This document shows, piece by piece, positions 28,392 through 37,384 of a stretch of DNA of 64,000 nt. A program made the translations under genes and the position numbers. Position 1 is the first letter of the stretch. Each line of letters opens with the position of its first letter. The stretch is from Candidatus Omnitrophota bacterium. GTDB taxonomy: Bacteria > Omnitrophota > Omnitrophia > Omnitrophales > Aquincolibacteriaceae. The notes beneath the pieces are model-generated. The model searched no databases and was not told the DNA's origin. It worked only from the letters and a program-made list of their open reading frames with translations. The stretch covers positions 229,536-293,535 of the forward strand of contig DAOPYQ010000001.1 of NCBI GenBank assembly GCA_035352955.1, in the 5' to 3' direction.

Positions 28392-29471
28392 ATGATGAAA
28401 ATCCTAAGAAAAAAAACACACGCGGTGAAGGTCGGGAAGCTCGTTTTAGGGGACGGCCAGCCTGTCCGTATCCAGTCCATGACGAAGGTTCATACGCGGG
28501 ATGTCGAAGCGGTGGTCCGGCAGATCGGGCAGTTGACCGAGGCGGGTTGCGAGATCGTCCGGGTCGCGTGCGCGACGGAAGAAGACGTAAAGTCGCTCGG
28601 AAAGATCAAGGCGAAGATCACGATCCCGCTTGTCGCGGACATCCATTTTAATTACCGGTTTGCGCTGGCGGCGATCGATGAGGGCGTCGACAAGTTGAGG
28701 CTGAATCCCGGCAATATCGGGACGCGTGACCGGGTCGCGGAAGTCGTGGAAAAAGCCAAGCGGCACCGTATCCCGATCCGGATCGGCGTCAATTCAGGGT
28801 CGCTTGAAAAAGATCTGATGGAAAAGTACGGTCCCACCCCGGAGGCTTTGGTGGAAAGTGCGGCGCGACACGTGAAGATCCTTGAGGAGTTGGATTTTCA
28901 CGACATCGTGATCTCGCTCAAGACCACGGATGTGCCGGCCATGATTGCCGCCTACCGTCTGGCGAGCCGTAAGTTTGATCATCCGCTTCATCTCGGCGTG
29001 ACCGAGGCCGGAACGCTCCTTCGCGGAAGCGTTTATAACGCGATCGGTGTGGGAACGCTATTGCAGGAGGGGATCGGGGACACGATCCGCGTGTCGCTGA
29101 CGGCCGATCCTGTCGAAGAAGTCAAAGTCGCTAAAATGATCCTCGAGTCGCTTGACCTCCGCCAAGGTGTGCGCGTGATCTCATGTCCCACCTGCGGTCG
29201 CGCGGAAGTGGACTGTGCGAAACTTGCCGCGGAAGTTGAGGCCCGAGCGATGAAATTTAAGGGGCCGTTGACGATCGCGGTCATGGGGTGTGCGGTGAAC
29301 GGTCCCGGCGAGGCGCAGGGTTCCGATTTTGCCATCACGGGCGGTAAGGGACAGGGCATGATCTACGTGAACGGCAAGCAGGAACGCATCGTGCCGGAAG
29401 CACAACTTGTTGACGAGCTCTTTAAAGAGATTGATAAGCGCAACGCACAACCCGCAACGCGCAGCGTTTAG
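28392..29471 (+). CDS. ispG: 4-hydroxy-3-methylbut-2-enyl diphosphate synthase IspG (GcpE)
   Basis: VRIQSMT, RVAC, LVADIHFN, RINPGN, ISCPTCGR, MGCAVNGPGEA. The C-terminal tail ...KRNAQPATRSV is encoded by a family-A-like repeat sequence. Confidence 0.9.
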   Translation: MMKILRKKTHAVKVGKLVLGDGQPVRIQSMTKVHTRDVEAVVRQIGQLTEAGCEIVRVACATEEDVKSLGKIKAKITIPLVADIHFNYRFALAAIDEGVDKLRLNPGNIGTRDRVAEVVEKAKRHRIPIRIGVNSGSLEKDLMEKYGPTPEALVESAARHVKILEELDFHDIVISLKTTDVPAMIAAYRLASRKFDHPLHLGVTEAGTLLRGSVYNAIGVGTLLQEGIGDTIRVSLTADPVEEVKVAKMILESLDLRQGVRVISCPTCGRAEVDCAKLAAEVEARAMKFKGPLTIAVMGCAVNGPGEAQGSDFAITGGKGQGMIYVNGKQERIVPEAQLVDELFKEIDKRNAQPATRSV

Positions 29472-29480
29472 TTCCCCCGC

Positions 29481-30542
29481 ATGGGCGAGCCTCAGAATTC
29501 CCTCAAAAACATCTTCTCTAAGGTCCAGCAGCAGGAGAGACTGACTTTCGAAGACGGCCTGGAGCTTTTTAACAGCACGGACATCCTCTCTGTCGGTCAG
29601 CTCGCGCAAGGGATTCGCGAAAGACGGCATGGCCGCCGCGTTTTTTATTCGGTCAATCTGCATCTCAATCATACGAACATTTGTTCCACGCGCTGCGGTT
29701 TCTGCGCGTTTTCTCGGGAAGCCGGAGCGGCGGATGCGTATGCGCTGACGCTCGACGAGATCGAAGCCCGTGTCCATGAGGCCGTTGAACGGTGGAATGT
29801 TAACGAAGTCCATATCGTGGGCGGGCACAATCCGGAGCTTGGGTTCGATTATTACATCAAGATGATGCAGAGGATCCGGCGGGTCAGCTCTCTGATCCAC
29901 ATCAAGGCATTCAGCGCGACCGAGATCGAAGATATGGCCCGTCGCGCCGGGCTTTCCGTTCGGGAAATCCTGACGCGGCTCAAGGAGGCGGGGTTGCAAA
30001 GTCTTCCGGGGGGCGGGGCGGAGATCTTTGATCCGGAAGTCCGCAAAAAGATCTGTCCCGAGAAGATCACGGGCCAAACGTGGCTTGAGGTTCACCGGAC
30101 GGCGCATCAACTTGGTTTCAAGACCAACGCGACGATGCTTTACGGCCATGGGGAGCCGGCGGAGGCGCGCGTGGCGCATCTGTTGAAGCTTCGGGAGTTG
30201 CAGGATGAAACGCGGGGGTTTAACGCCTTTGTGCCGTTACCGTTCAATCCCGGGAAAGACAAGCCGGGGACGAGCGGTTACCTCGATCTAAAAGTGCTTT
30301 CCATTTCGCGGCTTCTTTTGGATAATATCCCGCATATCAAGGCGCATTGGGCCGCCACGGATCTGAAATTTGCACTGGCCGCGCTTTCTTTCGGGGTCGA
30401 CGACCTTGGCGGTACGAACCTGGATGAACGGGTCATGCGTGAGGCGGGGGGGCGCTCGCAGGGAGCTTTAGGTTCCGGCGAACTTGTCCGATGCATCAGA
30501 GACGCGGGATATGAACCGAGTCTTGTGAACAGTTCTTATTAA
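29481..30542 (+). CDS. radical SAM enzyme of the MqnC/MqnE family (futalosine-pathway menaquinone biosynthesis)
   Basis: CSTRCGFCAF radical-SAM cysteine triad. The overall layout (GGHNPEL, TMLYGHGE, C-terminal LVRCIRDAGYEP) resembles MqnC/MqnE/CofH-type enzymes. I cannot tell MqnC from MqnE. Confidence 0.65.
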   Translation: MGEPQNSLKNIFSKVQQQERLTFEDGLELFNSTDILSVGQLAQGIRERRHGRRVFYSVNLHLNHTNICSTRCGFCAFSREAGAADAYALTLDEIEARVHEAVERWNVNEVHIVGGHNPELGFDYYIKMMQRIRRVSSLIHIKAFSATEIEDMARRAGLSVREILTRLKEAGLQSLPGGGAEIFDPEVRKKICPEKITGQTWLEVHRTAHQLGFKTNATMLYGHGEPAEARVAHLLKLRELQDETRGFNAFVPLPFNPGKDKPGTSGYLDLKVLSISRLLLDNIPHIKAHWAATDLKFALAALSFGVDDLGGTNLDERVMREAGGRSQGALGSGELVRCIRDAGYEPSLVNSSY

Positions 30543-30564
30543 CCGAGTATTAGGGAGTCGAATC

Positions 30565-31041
30565 ATGACCGAGAAGGTTATTTTAACGCAGCAAGGTTAC
30601 GATAAATTATACGAAGAGCTTAATTTTTTGAAGACCAAGAAGCGTCGCGAAGTCGCGGATCAGCTTGAAAAAGCCCGTGCCCATGGGGATCTTAGCGAAA
30701 ACGCCGACTGGGAGACTGCCAAGGAGGCCAAACATCAGCTCGAGATACGGATCGGGCAAATGGAAGCCAGGCTCGGGAACGCGCGTATCCTGGATAAAGG
30801 GGATATCGCCCAGGACAAGGTCTATCTGAGCGCGAAAGTTAAAGTGAAGAACCTGGAAAGCGGAGACGTTTTTGATTATACCCTCGTTTCCCAGGATGAG
30901 GCGAATTTTGACGAGGGGAAGATTTCGGTCACGTCTCCGATCGGTAAAGGGCTTTTGGGAAAAGCGCTGAACGAAGAAACGGTCATCAACGTACCGGCAG
31001 GAAAAATCCAACTCAAAATCATGGAGATCCAATATGAATAA
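30565..31041 (+). CDS. greA: transcription elongation factor GreA
   Basis: LTQQGYDKLYEELNFLKTKKRREVADQLEKARAHGDLSENADWETAKE, and the C-terminal FKBP-like fold motif SPIGKGLLGK. Confidence 0.85.
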   Translation: MTEKVILTQQGYDKLYEELNFLKTKKRREVADQLEKARAHGDLSENADWETAKEAKHQLEIRIGQMEARLGNARILDKGDIAQDKVYLSAKVKVKNLESGDVFDYTLVSQDEANFDEGKISVTSPIGKGLLGKALNEETVINVPAGKIQLKIMEIQYE

Positions 31042-31834
31042 TCTGCTTACCTTTTGGCTCGCACCGGTCACCGCTCTTTTCTATCCTAAAGTCTACCGGG
31101 ATGCCGCCAAGGCTTCGGTGGTCCGCGGAGTGCTTTATGTGCTCTATCTTTCGGCCCTGACGACTTTGTTGGCTTCGGTGATTTTGGGAGTTGCTATGGG
31201 GCCCAAGATCGGAGGGTTCGCCGAATGGGTCGAAAAGAATATGCCGGTGATCATTTGGACGCCCCAAGGTATCAGTCTCGAGAACGGACAGCCGACCTAT
31301 ACCATGACGCATCCGACGGCCGGGCCGCTTGTGGTTTTTAACATGGCCAAAGAGACGGTTACGGAAGCTGATTTCGGGACCGCCTATCTTGTGGTGACTT
31401 CGAAGAAGGTTTTTATGAAAAGGGGAGGGCCCGGTCAGTTCGAGGAACGGGATATTACGGCCCAGGGGTTCCGGAGCAAAAGGCAGCTGCCGTCCCGGGT
31501 TCGCCTCGATGGGAACGTCGCGAAAAAGATTTACCAGAACGCGAAGACGTCTCTTTTTTTAATGCTGCCGATCCTGTTGCTCATTTTCTCTTTTATTGGA
31601 ACGTTGATTGCAGTAGCGGCCTGGTCTCTCGTGGGTCTTCTTTTGAATCTTACCCGAAAGAACAAGCTGAGTTATGAAGCCATCTTTAATCTGAGCTGTT
31701 TCGCCTCGTCAGTTCTTTTTGTTATCCTGTGGTCGAGAGTCCTGTTGCCGTGGTTTGCCGGGGCTATTCTGATCGCGGGGTACCTCTTTTTCGCGTTCAA
31801 AGTGACGGATCAATCGGAGACCTCCGCAAAATAA
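31034..31834 (+). CDS. membrane protein, DUF1189-like (hypothetical)
   Basis: 266 aa, 4-5 TM. It overlaps the greA stop by 8 nt. Family is tentative. Confidence 0.45.
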   Translation: MNNLLTFWLAPVTALFYPKVYRDAAKASVVRGVLYVLYLSALTTLLASVILGVAMGPKIGGFAEWVEKNMPVIIWTPQGISLENGQPTYTMTHPTAGPLVVFNMAKETVTEADFGTAYLVVTSKKVFMKRGGPGQFEERDITAQGFRSKRQLPSRVRLDGNVAKKIYQNAKTSLFLMLPILLLIFSFIGTLIAVAAWSLVGLLLNLTRKNKLSYEAIFNLSCFASSVLFVILWSRVLLPWFAGAILIAGYLFFAFKVTDQSETSAK

Positions 31835-31858
31835 ATCCGGTTTTCTGGCTGTTCTGAG

Positions 31859-31896
31859 CGGGGGCGGTTCCTTCGGGAGCTGCCCCCGTTTTTTTT
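31859..31896 (+). terminator. rho-independent terminator (GC stem followed by T8), shared by convergent genes
   Basis: gcgggggcggttcc-ttcg-ggagctgcccccg followed by tttttttt. It overlaps the EamA stop codon. Confidence 0.6.
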
Positions 31897-32788
31897 AGAG
31901 GCAGGATTCGTTCGAGAGGGAAGCTGGGAGAGATTCTTTTTTTCTTGTTCCGAACCAGGAGATGAGCGATCCGCTCAAGATGATCAGCAGGATCCCCGCG
32001 GTGGTGGTCAGGGTCACTGGATTTTTCCAGAGGATCCAGCCGTATCCGAAGGACAGGACGGGGTGCAGGTACTGGAACGGGGTGACGAGATAGGACGGCG
32101 CCCGCCGGAGCGAGGTCGTCATCCAAAGTTGGCCGTAAAAGGAAAAGATCACTACGCCGCCGATCAGGCACCACTCTCGCGGGTCCGGCCATTTCCATCC
32201 TTCCACAAAGAAAAGGGATCCGACTGTTGAGATCATCGTGAAATAAAAGATCACCGTGAAAGGAGATTCCCGGTGGCGGATCGTCCGTATCGAGACGTAG
32301 GCGATCGCGGCAAAGACCGAGGAAAGCAATGCGAGCCACACTTCCGGTCTCCAGGTGATTCCGGTATTAGAGTTCAGTAAAACCACGCCGAAGAATGACA
32401 GGAGGATCAGCACCCACACAAAGATCCCCGGGCGTTCCCTCAGAAGAAAAACCCCGAGGACGACGGCGAAGATCGGCGCCGTGTAGTTCAGCATGACGGC
32501 CAGGCCAAGATCGAGTTTTGAGATCGTGTAAAAGTGGAGCAGCAGAGCGAGGCAGCCGCTTATCCCTCGCGCCGTCAACTTGAGACGCTCCTTTCCCCAA
32601 AGGGAGACTTTTTTTCGTGCGATGAACGGAAGCACCAGGAGCACTCCCAAAAAGCTTCTGAAGAAAACGACCTGGAAAGGGGGGAGCCGTTCGGTCACGA
32701 TCTTGACGCAGAGCGCCATGAGGGAGAACGCTACCGCGCTTTGCGTCATGAGCTGGATGCCGGACAGATGGAGTTTCGAACGTTTCAT
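31895..32788 (-). CDS. EamA/DMT-family transporter (10 TM)
   Basis: 297 aa. Two EamA-like halves of 5 TM each. Confidence 0.75.
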   Translation of the reverse strand: MKRSKLHLSGIQLMTQSAVAFSLMALCVKIVTERLPPFQVVFFRSFLGVLLVLPFIARKKVSLWGKERLKLTARGISGCLALLLHFYTISKLDLGLAVMLNYTAPIFAVVLGVFLLRERPGIFVWVLILLSFFGVVLLNSNTGITWRPEVWLALLSSVFAAIAYVSIRTIRHRESPFTVIFYFTMISTVGSLFFVEGWKWPDPREWCLIGGVVIFSFYGQLWMTTSLRRAPSYLVTPFQYLHPVLSFGYGWILWKNPVTLTTTAGILLIILSGSLISWFGTRKKESLPASLSNESCL

Positions 32789-32817
32789 GAGCGGCAGGTT
32801 GACGGAGACAGGAAAAC

Positions 32818-32870
32818 GGATGAAGGAGAGTCTTCGATTTTTTGTTTTACTTCATCCTTCATCCAACATC
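32818..32870. repeat. GGATG-rich palindromic element (family B)
   Basis: ggatgaaggagag ... cttcatccttcatccaacatcc. It is the reverse-oriented counterpart of the 26905-26971 element. It lies between the ADH stop and the EamA start. Confidence 0.45.
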
Positions 32871-32874
32871 CTTT

Positions 32875-33912
32875 TTAAGGTTTTAAAATAATCTTTCCGA
32901 AATTTTCGCGGGCGATCATCCGGTCGACAGCCTTCCTCGCTTCCCGCAAGGGGAAGATCGTATCGATCACGGGGCGTAATTTTCCGGCTTCCACCCGGCG
33001 GACGACACGTTTCAGTTCATCGATCCCGCCCATGTAAGAGCCGGAGATGGACAGCTGCCGCGTAAAAAGATGTCGCACATCAAACGTGACGCTCCGGCCG
33101 CTTGTGGCGCCGCAGGTTAGAAGGCGTCCTTTTTTCCGGAGGCACGAGAGGCTTTTTGTGAAAGTTTCGGAGCCGATGTGCTCGAAGACCACGTCCACGC
33201 CTTCGGCCCGGGTGAGGCGCAGGACCTCAGACTGGAAATCTTTGAATTTGTAGTGGATAACCTCATCGGCGCCGAGGGCCTTGGCGCGTTTAACTTTTTC
33301 GTCGCTGCCGACCGTGGCAAGAACGCGGGTCTTGAAAAGTTTCGCGATCTGAATAGCCGCGCTGCCGAGGCCGCTTCCGGCGGCATGGATCAGGACCGTC
33401 TCTTTCCTTTTGATCGCGCCGCGTGTCACCAGCATGTGCCAGGCGGTAAGAAATGAAAGTGGCACTCCGGCCCATTCTTCAAGGGAGTGATGTTTCGTGA
33501 CCGGAATGATATTCCGTGCCGGCACCCGGACGTATTCTGCGAGTCCGCCGTTGATCTGAAAACCCAGGATCTTGTATTCCTTGCACAGGCTGTCCCAGCC
33601 GTCTTCGCAGTAGCGGCAGTGACCGCAGGAGATCCCGGGGGCGACGATGACAGGCTTGTGGAGCGGGATCTGTTTTGCTTTTTTGCCGGTGGCTACGACC
33701 TCGCCGGCGATGTCACAGCCGAGGACGTGCGGCATGCTTATTTTTACACCCGGCATGCCGGCGAGCGTCCAAAGGTCCAGGTGATTTAGAGCGCAGGCGG
33801 CGACCTTGACCAGGACATCGCGTTTGCCGAGTTCCGGGATAGGGACGTAGGCGGGTTCGAGTTTTTCCGTTCCGCCGTGTTCTTTAAAAATAATAGCGCG
33901 CATTTTTGCCAT
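32875..33912 (-). CDS. zinc-dependent MDR-family alcohol dehydrogenase / oxidoreductase
   Basis: GHE-type catalytic Zn region (CGHCRYCEDGWDSLC, structural Zn) and Rossmann motif HAAGSGLGSAAIQ. Confidence 0.8.
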   Translation of the reverse strand: MAKMRAIIFKEHGGTEKLEPAYVPIPELGKRDVLVKVAACALNHLDLWTLAGMPGVKISMPHVLGCDIAGEVVATGKKAKQIPLHKPVIVAPGISCGHCRYCEDGWDSLCKEYKILGFQINGGLAEYVRVPARNIIPVTKHHSLEEWAGVPLSFLTAWHMLVTRGAIKRKETVLIHAAGSGLGSAAIQIAKLFKTRVLATVGSDEKVKRAKALGADEVIHYKFKDFQSEVLRLTRAEGVDVVFEHIGSETFTKSLSCLRKKGRLLTCGATSGRSVTFDVRHLFTRQLSISGSYMGGIDELKRVVRRVEAGKLRPVIDTIFPLREARKAVDRMIARENFGKIILKP

Positions 33913-33999
33913 CGGGTAGTTTCTCCGTATTGGGGGTTAGTATAACATGGTCCGCAAGAATCCCAACGGAGGGGGGCCGGTCCCTGTTATAATAAAAAC

Positions 34000-34668
34000 A
34001 TGAAGGAAAATCTCTCCTTAAAAAAGAAACGGGTCGCCGGGATCCTCCGCGGCTTAAGGAAAGTCTATCCGGAGGTCCGGTGCGCTCTCGACTTTTCGGA
34101 TCCCTGGCAGCTGTTGGTTGCGACCGTTCTTTCGGCCCAGTGCACGGACAAACGAGTCAATCTTGTGACGCCGGCCCTTTTCAGGAAATATCCCTCGGTT
34201 AAAGCTTTTGCAAAAGCCGGCCCCCAAGAGCTTCAGGGATTGATCCGGAGCACGGGGTTCTATAAGAACAAGGCGAAAAGCATTCTGGGCGCGGCGAAAA
34301 CGGTTTTAACGAAGTTTGGCGGAAAAGTCCCGGCTCGCATGGAAGATCTTGTGACGATCCCCGGGGTGGGACGCAAGACGGCGAATGTCATTCTCGGGAA
34401 CGCTTTCGGGATGCCGGGGCTTGCGGTGGACACCCATATGATCCGGATCAACCGGTTGTTGGGGTTGACCCGGAATACGGATCCCGTCAAGATCGAGAGG
34501 GATCTGATGGCGATCGTGCCTGAAGCCCATTGGACCGAGTATTCCCATCTGATCATCCGCCATGGAAGGACCCGATGCCTTGCGCGGCGCCCGGATTGTC
34601 GGCAGTGCGAGATCGCGCTCTTTTGCCCTTCGGCGGGGAAGGGCCGTTTTCGGGAGGGTACCCGGTAA
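34000..34668 (+). CDS. nth: endonuclease III (Nth)
   Basis: HhH-GPD motif LVTIPGVGRKTANVIL and the C-terminal [4Fe-4S] motif CLARRPDCRQCEIALFCP. Confidence 0.85.
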   Translation: MKENLSLKKKRVAGILRGLRKVYPEVRCALDFSDPWQLLVATVLSAQCTDKRVNLVTPALFRKYPSVKAFAKAGPQELQGLIRSTGFYKNKAKSILGAAKTVLTKFGGKVPARMEDLVTIPGVGRKTANVILGNAFGMPGLAVDTHMIRINRLLGLTRNTDPVKIERDLMAIVPEAHWTEYSHLIIRHGRTRCLARRPDCRQCEIALFCPSAGKGRFREGTR

Positions 34669-34759
34669 TAAGTTTAAAGTTTCTAGGGAAGAGTTCCGAA
34701 ATTTAAAAGAAGAGAAAACTCTCAAACAGGGTAGTTTTTAGGGAAAGCGCCATAATTTT

Positions 34760-36523
34760 ATGATGAAAAATCCTCCGGCAGGGCTCCTGCAGACGCCCGA
34801 AAGCTTTTTCAGGCGGAAACAAAGGGAGTTCTCTTTTTATTTCATCACGACCTTCCGCCTTCACCTGATCCATTTCGGGTTCTGCCTTTTCATCATCCTC
34901 TTTCACATGGCGATCATGGTGACGCCGCTCATGGAGCGGTTCGAGTACGTTTTTCTCGACCTTTTTTTCCGGCAGCGGGTCCATGTGGCGCAGAGCCCCG
35001 CGATCGTTTATATCGATATGGCAGAGGATAGCCTGGGAATGATCGGGCGTTGGCCCTGGCCGCGTTACAACCAGGCGGCTTTGGTCCATATCCTTCACAA
35101 GTGGAATGTGAATGCCATTGTCTTTGACGTCATTTTCAGCGAACCCAGCACGACATTCGATGATTCTTCCTTAGCAGAGGCTCTCAAAGAGGCCGGGAAT
35201 GTTTATCTTCCGGTCATGCTTGAGGAAGTCAGCGGCAAGAAGGTGTGGATCCACTCTCTCCCCGAACTGACTCAGTACGCGAAAGGGGTCGGCCATGTGA
35301 ATATTTTTCCGGACCGTGACGGAGCCATGCGTCGGATTTCGCCGTTTCTGCAGCAGGGCGCGGAAACATTTCCTTACCTTGCCGTTAAGGTGGCCTATGA
35401 TTATCTCGGGAAGCCGCTGCCTTCTCCCGACAAGCTTCCGTTCCCGGTCGATTCCCAAAAAAGGATGTTTGTTGATTGGGCGGGAAAATGGCGTGACGCA
35501 TTTGAACACTACTCTTTTGTGGAGGTAATTAAAAGTTACGCGGCGATGCAGAAAGGTCTTCCTCCTTCGATCTCACCTGAAAAACTCAAAGACAAGATCT
35601 GCCTGATCGGATTGACCGCGACCGGTTTGACGGATATTAAAGCCAATCCGCTCGAAGAGACTTACCCGGCGGTAGGGGTCCAGGCCAACACCATCAACAG
35701 CATCCTTACCAACCAGTTTATTTCTCCCGCGCCTCTTTTGCTGAACCAGATCGTTCTGGCGCTGATCGGTTTTTTCGCGTCGGTCTTTTTTTTCTTTTCA
35801 AAAAGGGCCTTTTCTTTTCTTGTGGGACTTTGTCTCGGGGTGATGTGGGTCGCCGCCGCTTACCTTGTATTTTCCAAACAGGGGCTCTGGCTCTATGTGA
35901 TGAACCCGCTCCTGCTGATTTTTTCCCTATTTGTTTTTTCCGCTGTATTTTCTCTGACGGTCGGCAAAAAGGAACAGGAACGTCTTTTTACCCTCGCAAC
36001 GCGCGATGGGCTTACGGGACTCTTTGTGATCCGTCATTTCCGGAGCCTGCTCAACGAGGCCGTTTCGCAGGCGCATAAAAAAGAAACCCCGCTTTCCCTG
36101 CTTTTGCTCGACCTGGATCATTTTAAAAATATCAATGACCGGTATGGTCACGTGGCGGGCGATCTTGTCCTGAAGCATGTGGCGCAGTGTCTCAAAAGCG
36201 TGGTCGAGACCGGAAACGAAAAAACCGTCCAGCGGGCGGTGGGCCGTTACGGCGGTGAAGAATTTATCGTGATGTTGCCCCAGTGTGCCCTGATCGACGC
36301 GGTTTTCAATTACGGAGAAAAGATCCGAAAGAAGATCGAACAGGATATTATCGAATATGAAGGGACCAAGATCCCGCTGACCGTCAGTATCGGTGCCGCG
36401 ACGTTGCGTCCCGGGGAAACGGTTCCGGACTTGATGGTTCATCGAGCGGACGAAGCTCTTTACCGTGCCAAGACCGAAGGGCGCAACCGGACTTGCATCG
36501 AAAAAGACACTGCGGAAGGATGA
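34760..36523 (+). CDS. CHASE2 sensor domain - diguanylate cyclase (GGDEF, GGEEF variant)
   Basis: N-terminal CHASE2-like region (IVYIDMAEDSLGMIGRWPWPR...NAIVFDVIFSEP). TM segments. C-terminal RDGLTGLF...LLLDLDHFKNINDRYGH...YGGEEF. Confidence 0.8.
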   Translation: MMKNPPAGLLQTPESFFRRKQREFSFYFITTFRLHLIHFGFCLFIILFHMAIMVTPLMERFEYVFLDLFFRQRVHVAQSPAIVYIDMAEDSLGMIGRWPWPRYNQAALVHILHKWNVNAIVFDVIFSEPSTTFDDSSLAEALKEAGNVYLPVMLEEVSGKKVWIHSLPELTQYAKGVGHVNIFPDRDGAMRRISPFLQQGAETFPYLAVKVAYDYLGKPLPSPDKLPFPVDSQKRMFVDWAGKWRDAFEHYSFVEVIKSYAAMQKGLPPSISPEKLKDKICLIGLTATGLTDIKANPLEETYPAVGVQANTINSILTNQFISPAPLLLNQIVLALIGFFASVFFFFSKRAFSFLVGLCLGVMWVAAAYLVFSKQGLWLYVMNPLLLIFSLFVFSAVFSLTVGKKEQERLFTLATRDGLTGLFVIRHFRSLLNEAVSQAHKKETPLSLLLLDLDHFKNINDRYGHVAGDLVLKHVAQCLKSVVETGNEKTVQRAVGRYGGEEFIVMLPQCALIDAVFNYGEKIRKKIEQDIIEYEGTKIPLTVSIGAATLRPGETVPDLMVHRADEALYRAKTEGRNRTCIEKDTAEG

Positions 36524-36526
36524 TCC

Positions 36527-36898
36527 ATGGGTAAGAAAAAGCTTCTCTTCGTGGATGATGAGCCTGTTGTGGCCCGGTTGATGAAGACCCGCCTGGAATC
36601 CCGGGGTTTGGAAGTTGACACCGCCGGAAACGGTTACGAAGCCCTGCAAAAAGCGAAAGAGGGCCGGCCCGATGTGATCCTTTTGGATGTGATCATGCCC
36701 GGCATGGACGGTTTTGAAACTTGCCGCCAGCTCAAGGCGATGCAAGAAACCTTGCATATCCCCGTGATCCTTTTTACGGCATCGCAGGAGACGCACCTGG
36801 ACGAGACGGCGCGGAAAGCCGGTGCCGACCGGGTGGTCCAGAAGCCTTTCGTGGACCAGGCGTACCAGGCTATTGTGGAGATCCTGGGGCCCCTTTGA
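36527..36898 (+). CDS. single-domain response regulator (CheY-like)
   Basis: KLLFVDDE, DVILLDVIMPGMDG, QKPF. 123 aa. It starts 4 nt after the GGDEF gene. Confidence 0.8.
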   Translation: MGKKKLLFVDDEPVVARLMKTRLESRGLEVDTAGNGYEALQKAKEGRPDVILLDVIMPGMDGFETCRQLKAMQETLHIPVILFTASQETHLDETARKAGADRVVQKPFVDQAYQAIVEILGPL

Positions 36899-37012
36899 TT
36901 CCGGGTGTTTCCCGGCCCTTCTGGACAGAAATTTTTTACGGGTGTATAGTACGCTTCCTGTTTTCAGATCATTTGTCACACCCTGATTTTCGGATACCGG
37001 AGGAATGAATTT

Positions 37013-37342
37013 ATGGGGCAAGGAAAAGTGTTCACGGACGCGAATTTTCAAGCCGAAGTTCTCGGATCTTCCCAGCCTGTCTTGGTCGATTTTTGGGCCG
37101 AGTGGTGCGGTCCTTGCCGTATGCTCGGGCCGGTGATCGAAAAGATCGCCGAGGTCAACGCGGGCAGGATCCTGACCGGTAAGATGAACGTAGACGAGAA
37201 TCCGGCGACGCCGCAGAAGTATGGGATTCAGGGCATTCCTACGGTCATCTTTTTCCGTAACGGGGAAGTCGCCAAGCAGCTCGTGGGCTATCAGTCGCAG
37301 GACAAGGTCCAGAAAGTCATCGACGAGCTGTTCCCGAAATAG
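37013..37342 (+). CDS. trxA: thioredoxin
   Basis: WAEWCGPCRM active site. 109 aa. Confidence 0.9.
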   Translation: MGQGKVFTDANFQAEVLGSSQPVLVDFWAEWCGPCRMLGPVIEKIAEVNAGRILTGKMNVDENPATPQKYGIQGIPTVIFFRNGEVAKQLVGYQSQDKVQKVIDELFPK

Positions 37343-37384
37343 GCATTCCATTACCTCACCCTCTTTTTAAAGGCCGGTCTTCAC

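Noticed and set aside
35927-37351. 474-aa minus-strand ORF
   Set aside because: Antisense to the GGDEF, CheY and trxA genes, all of which have strong signatures.
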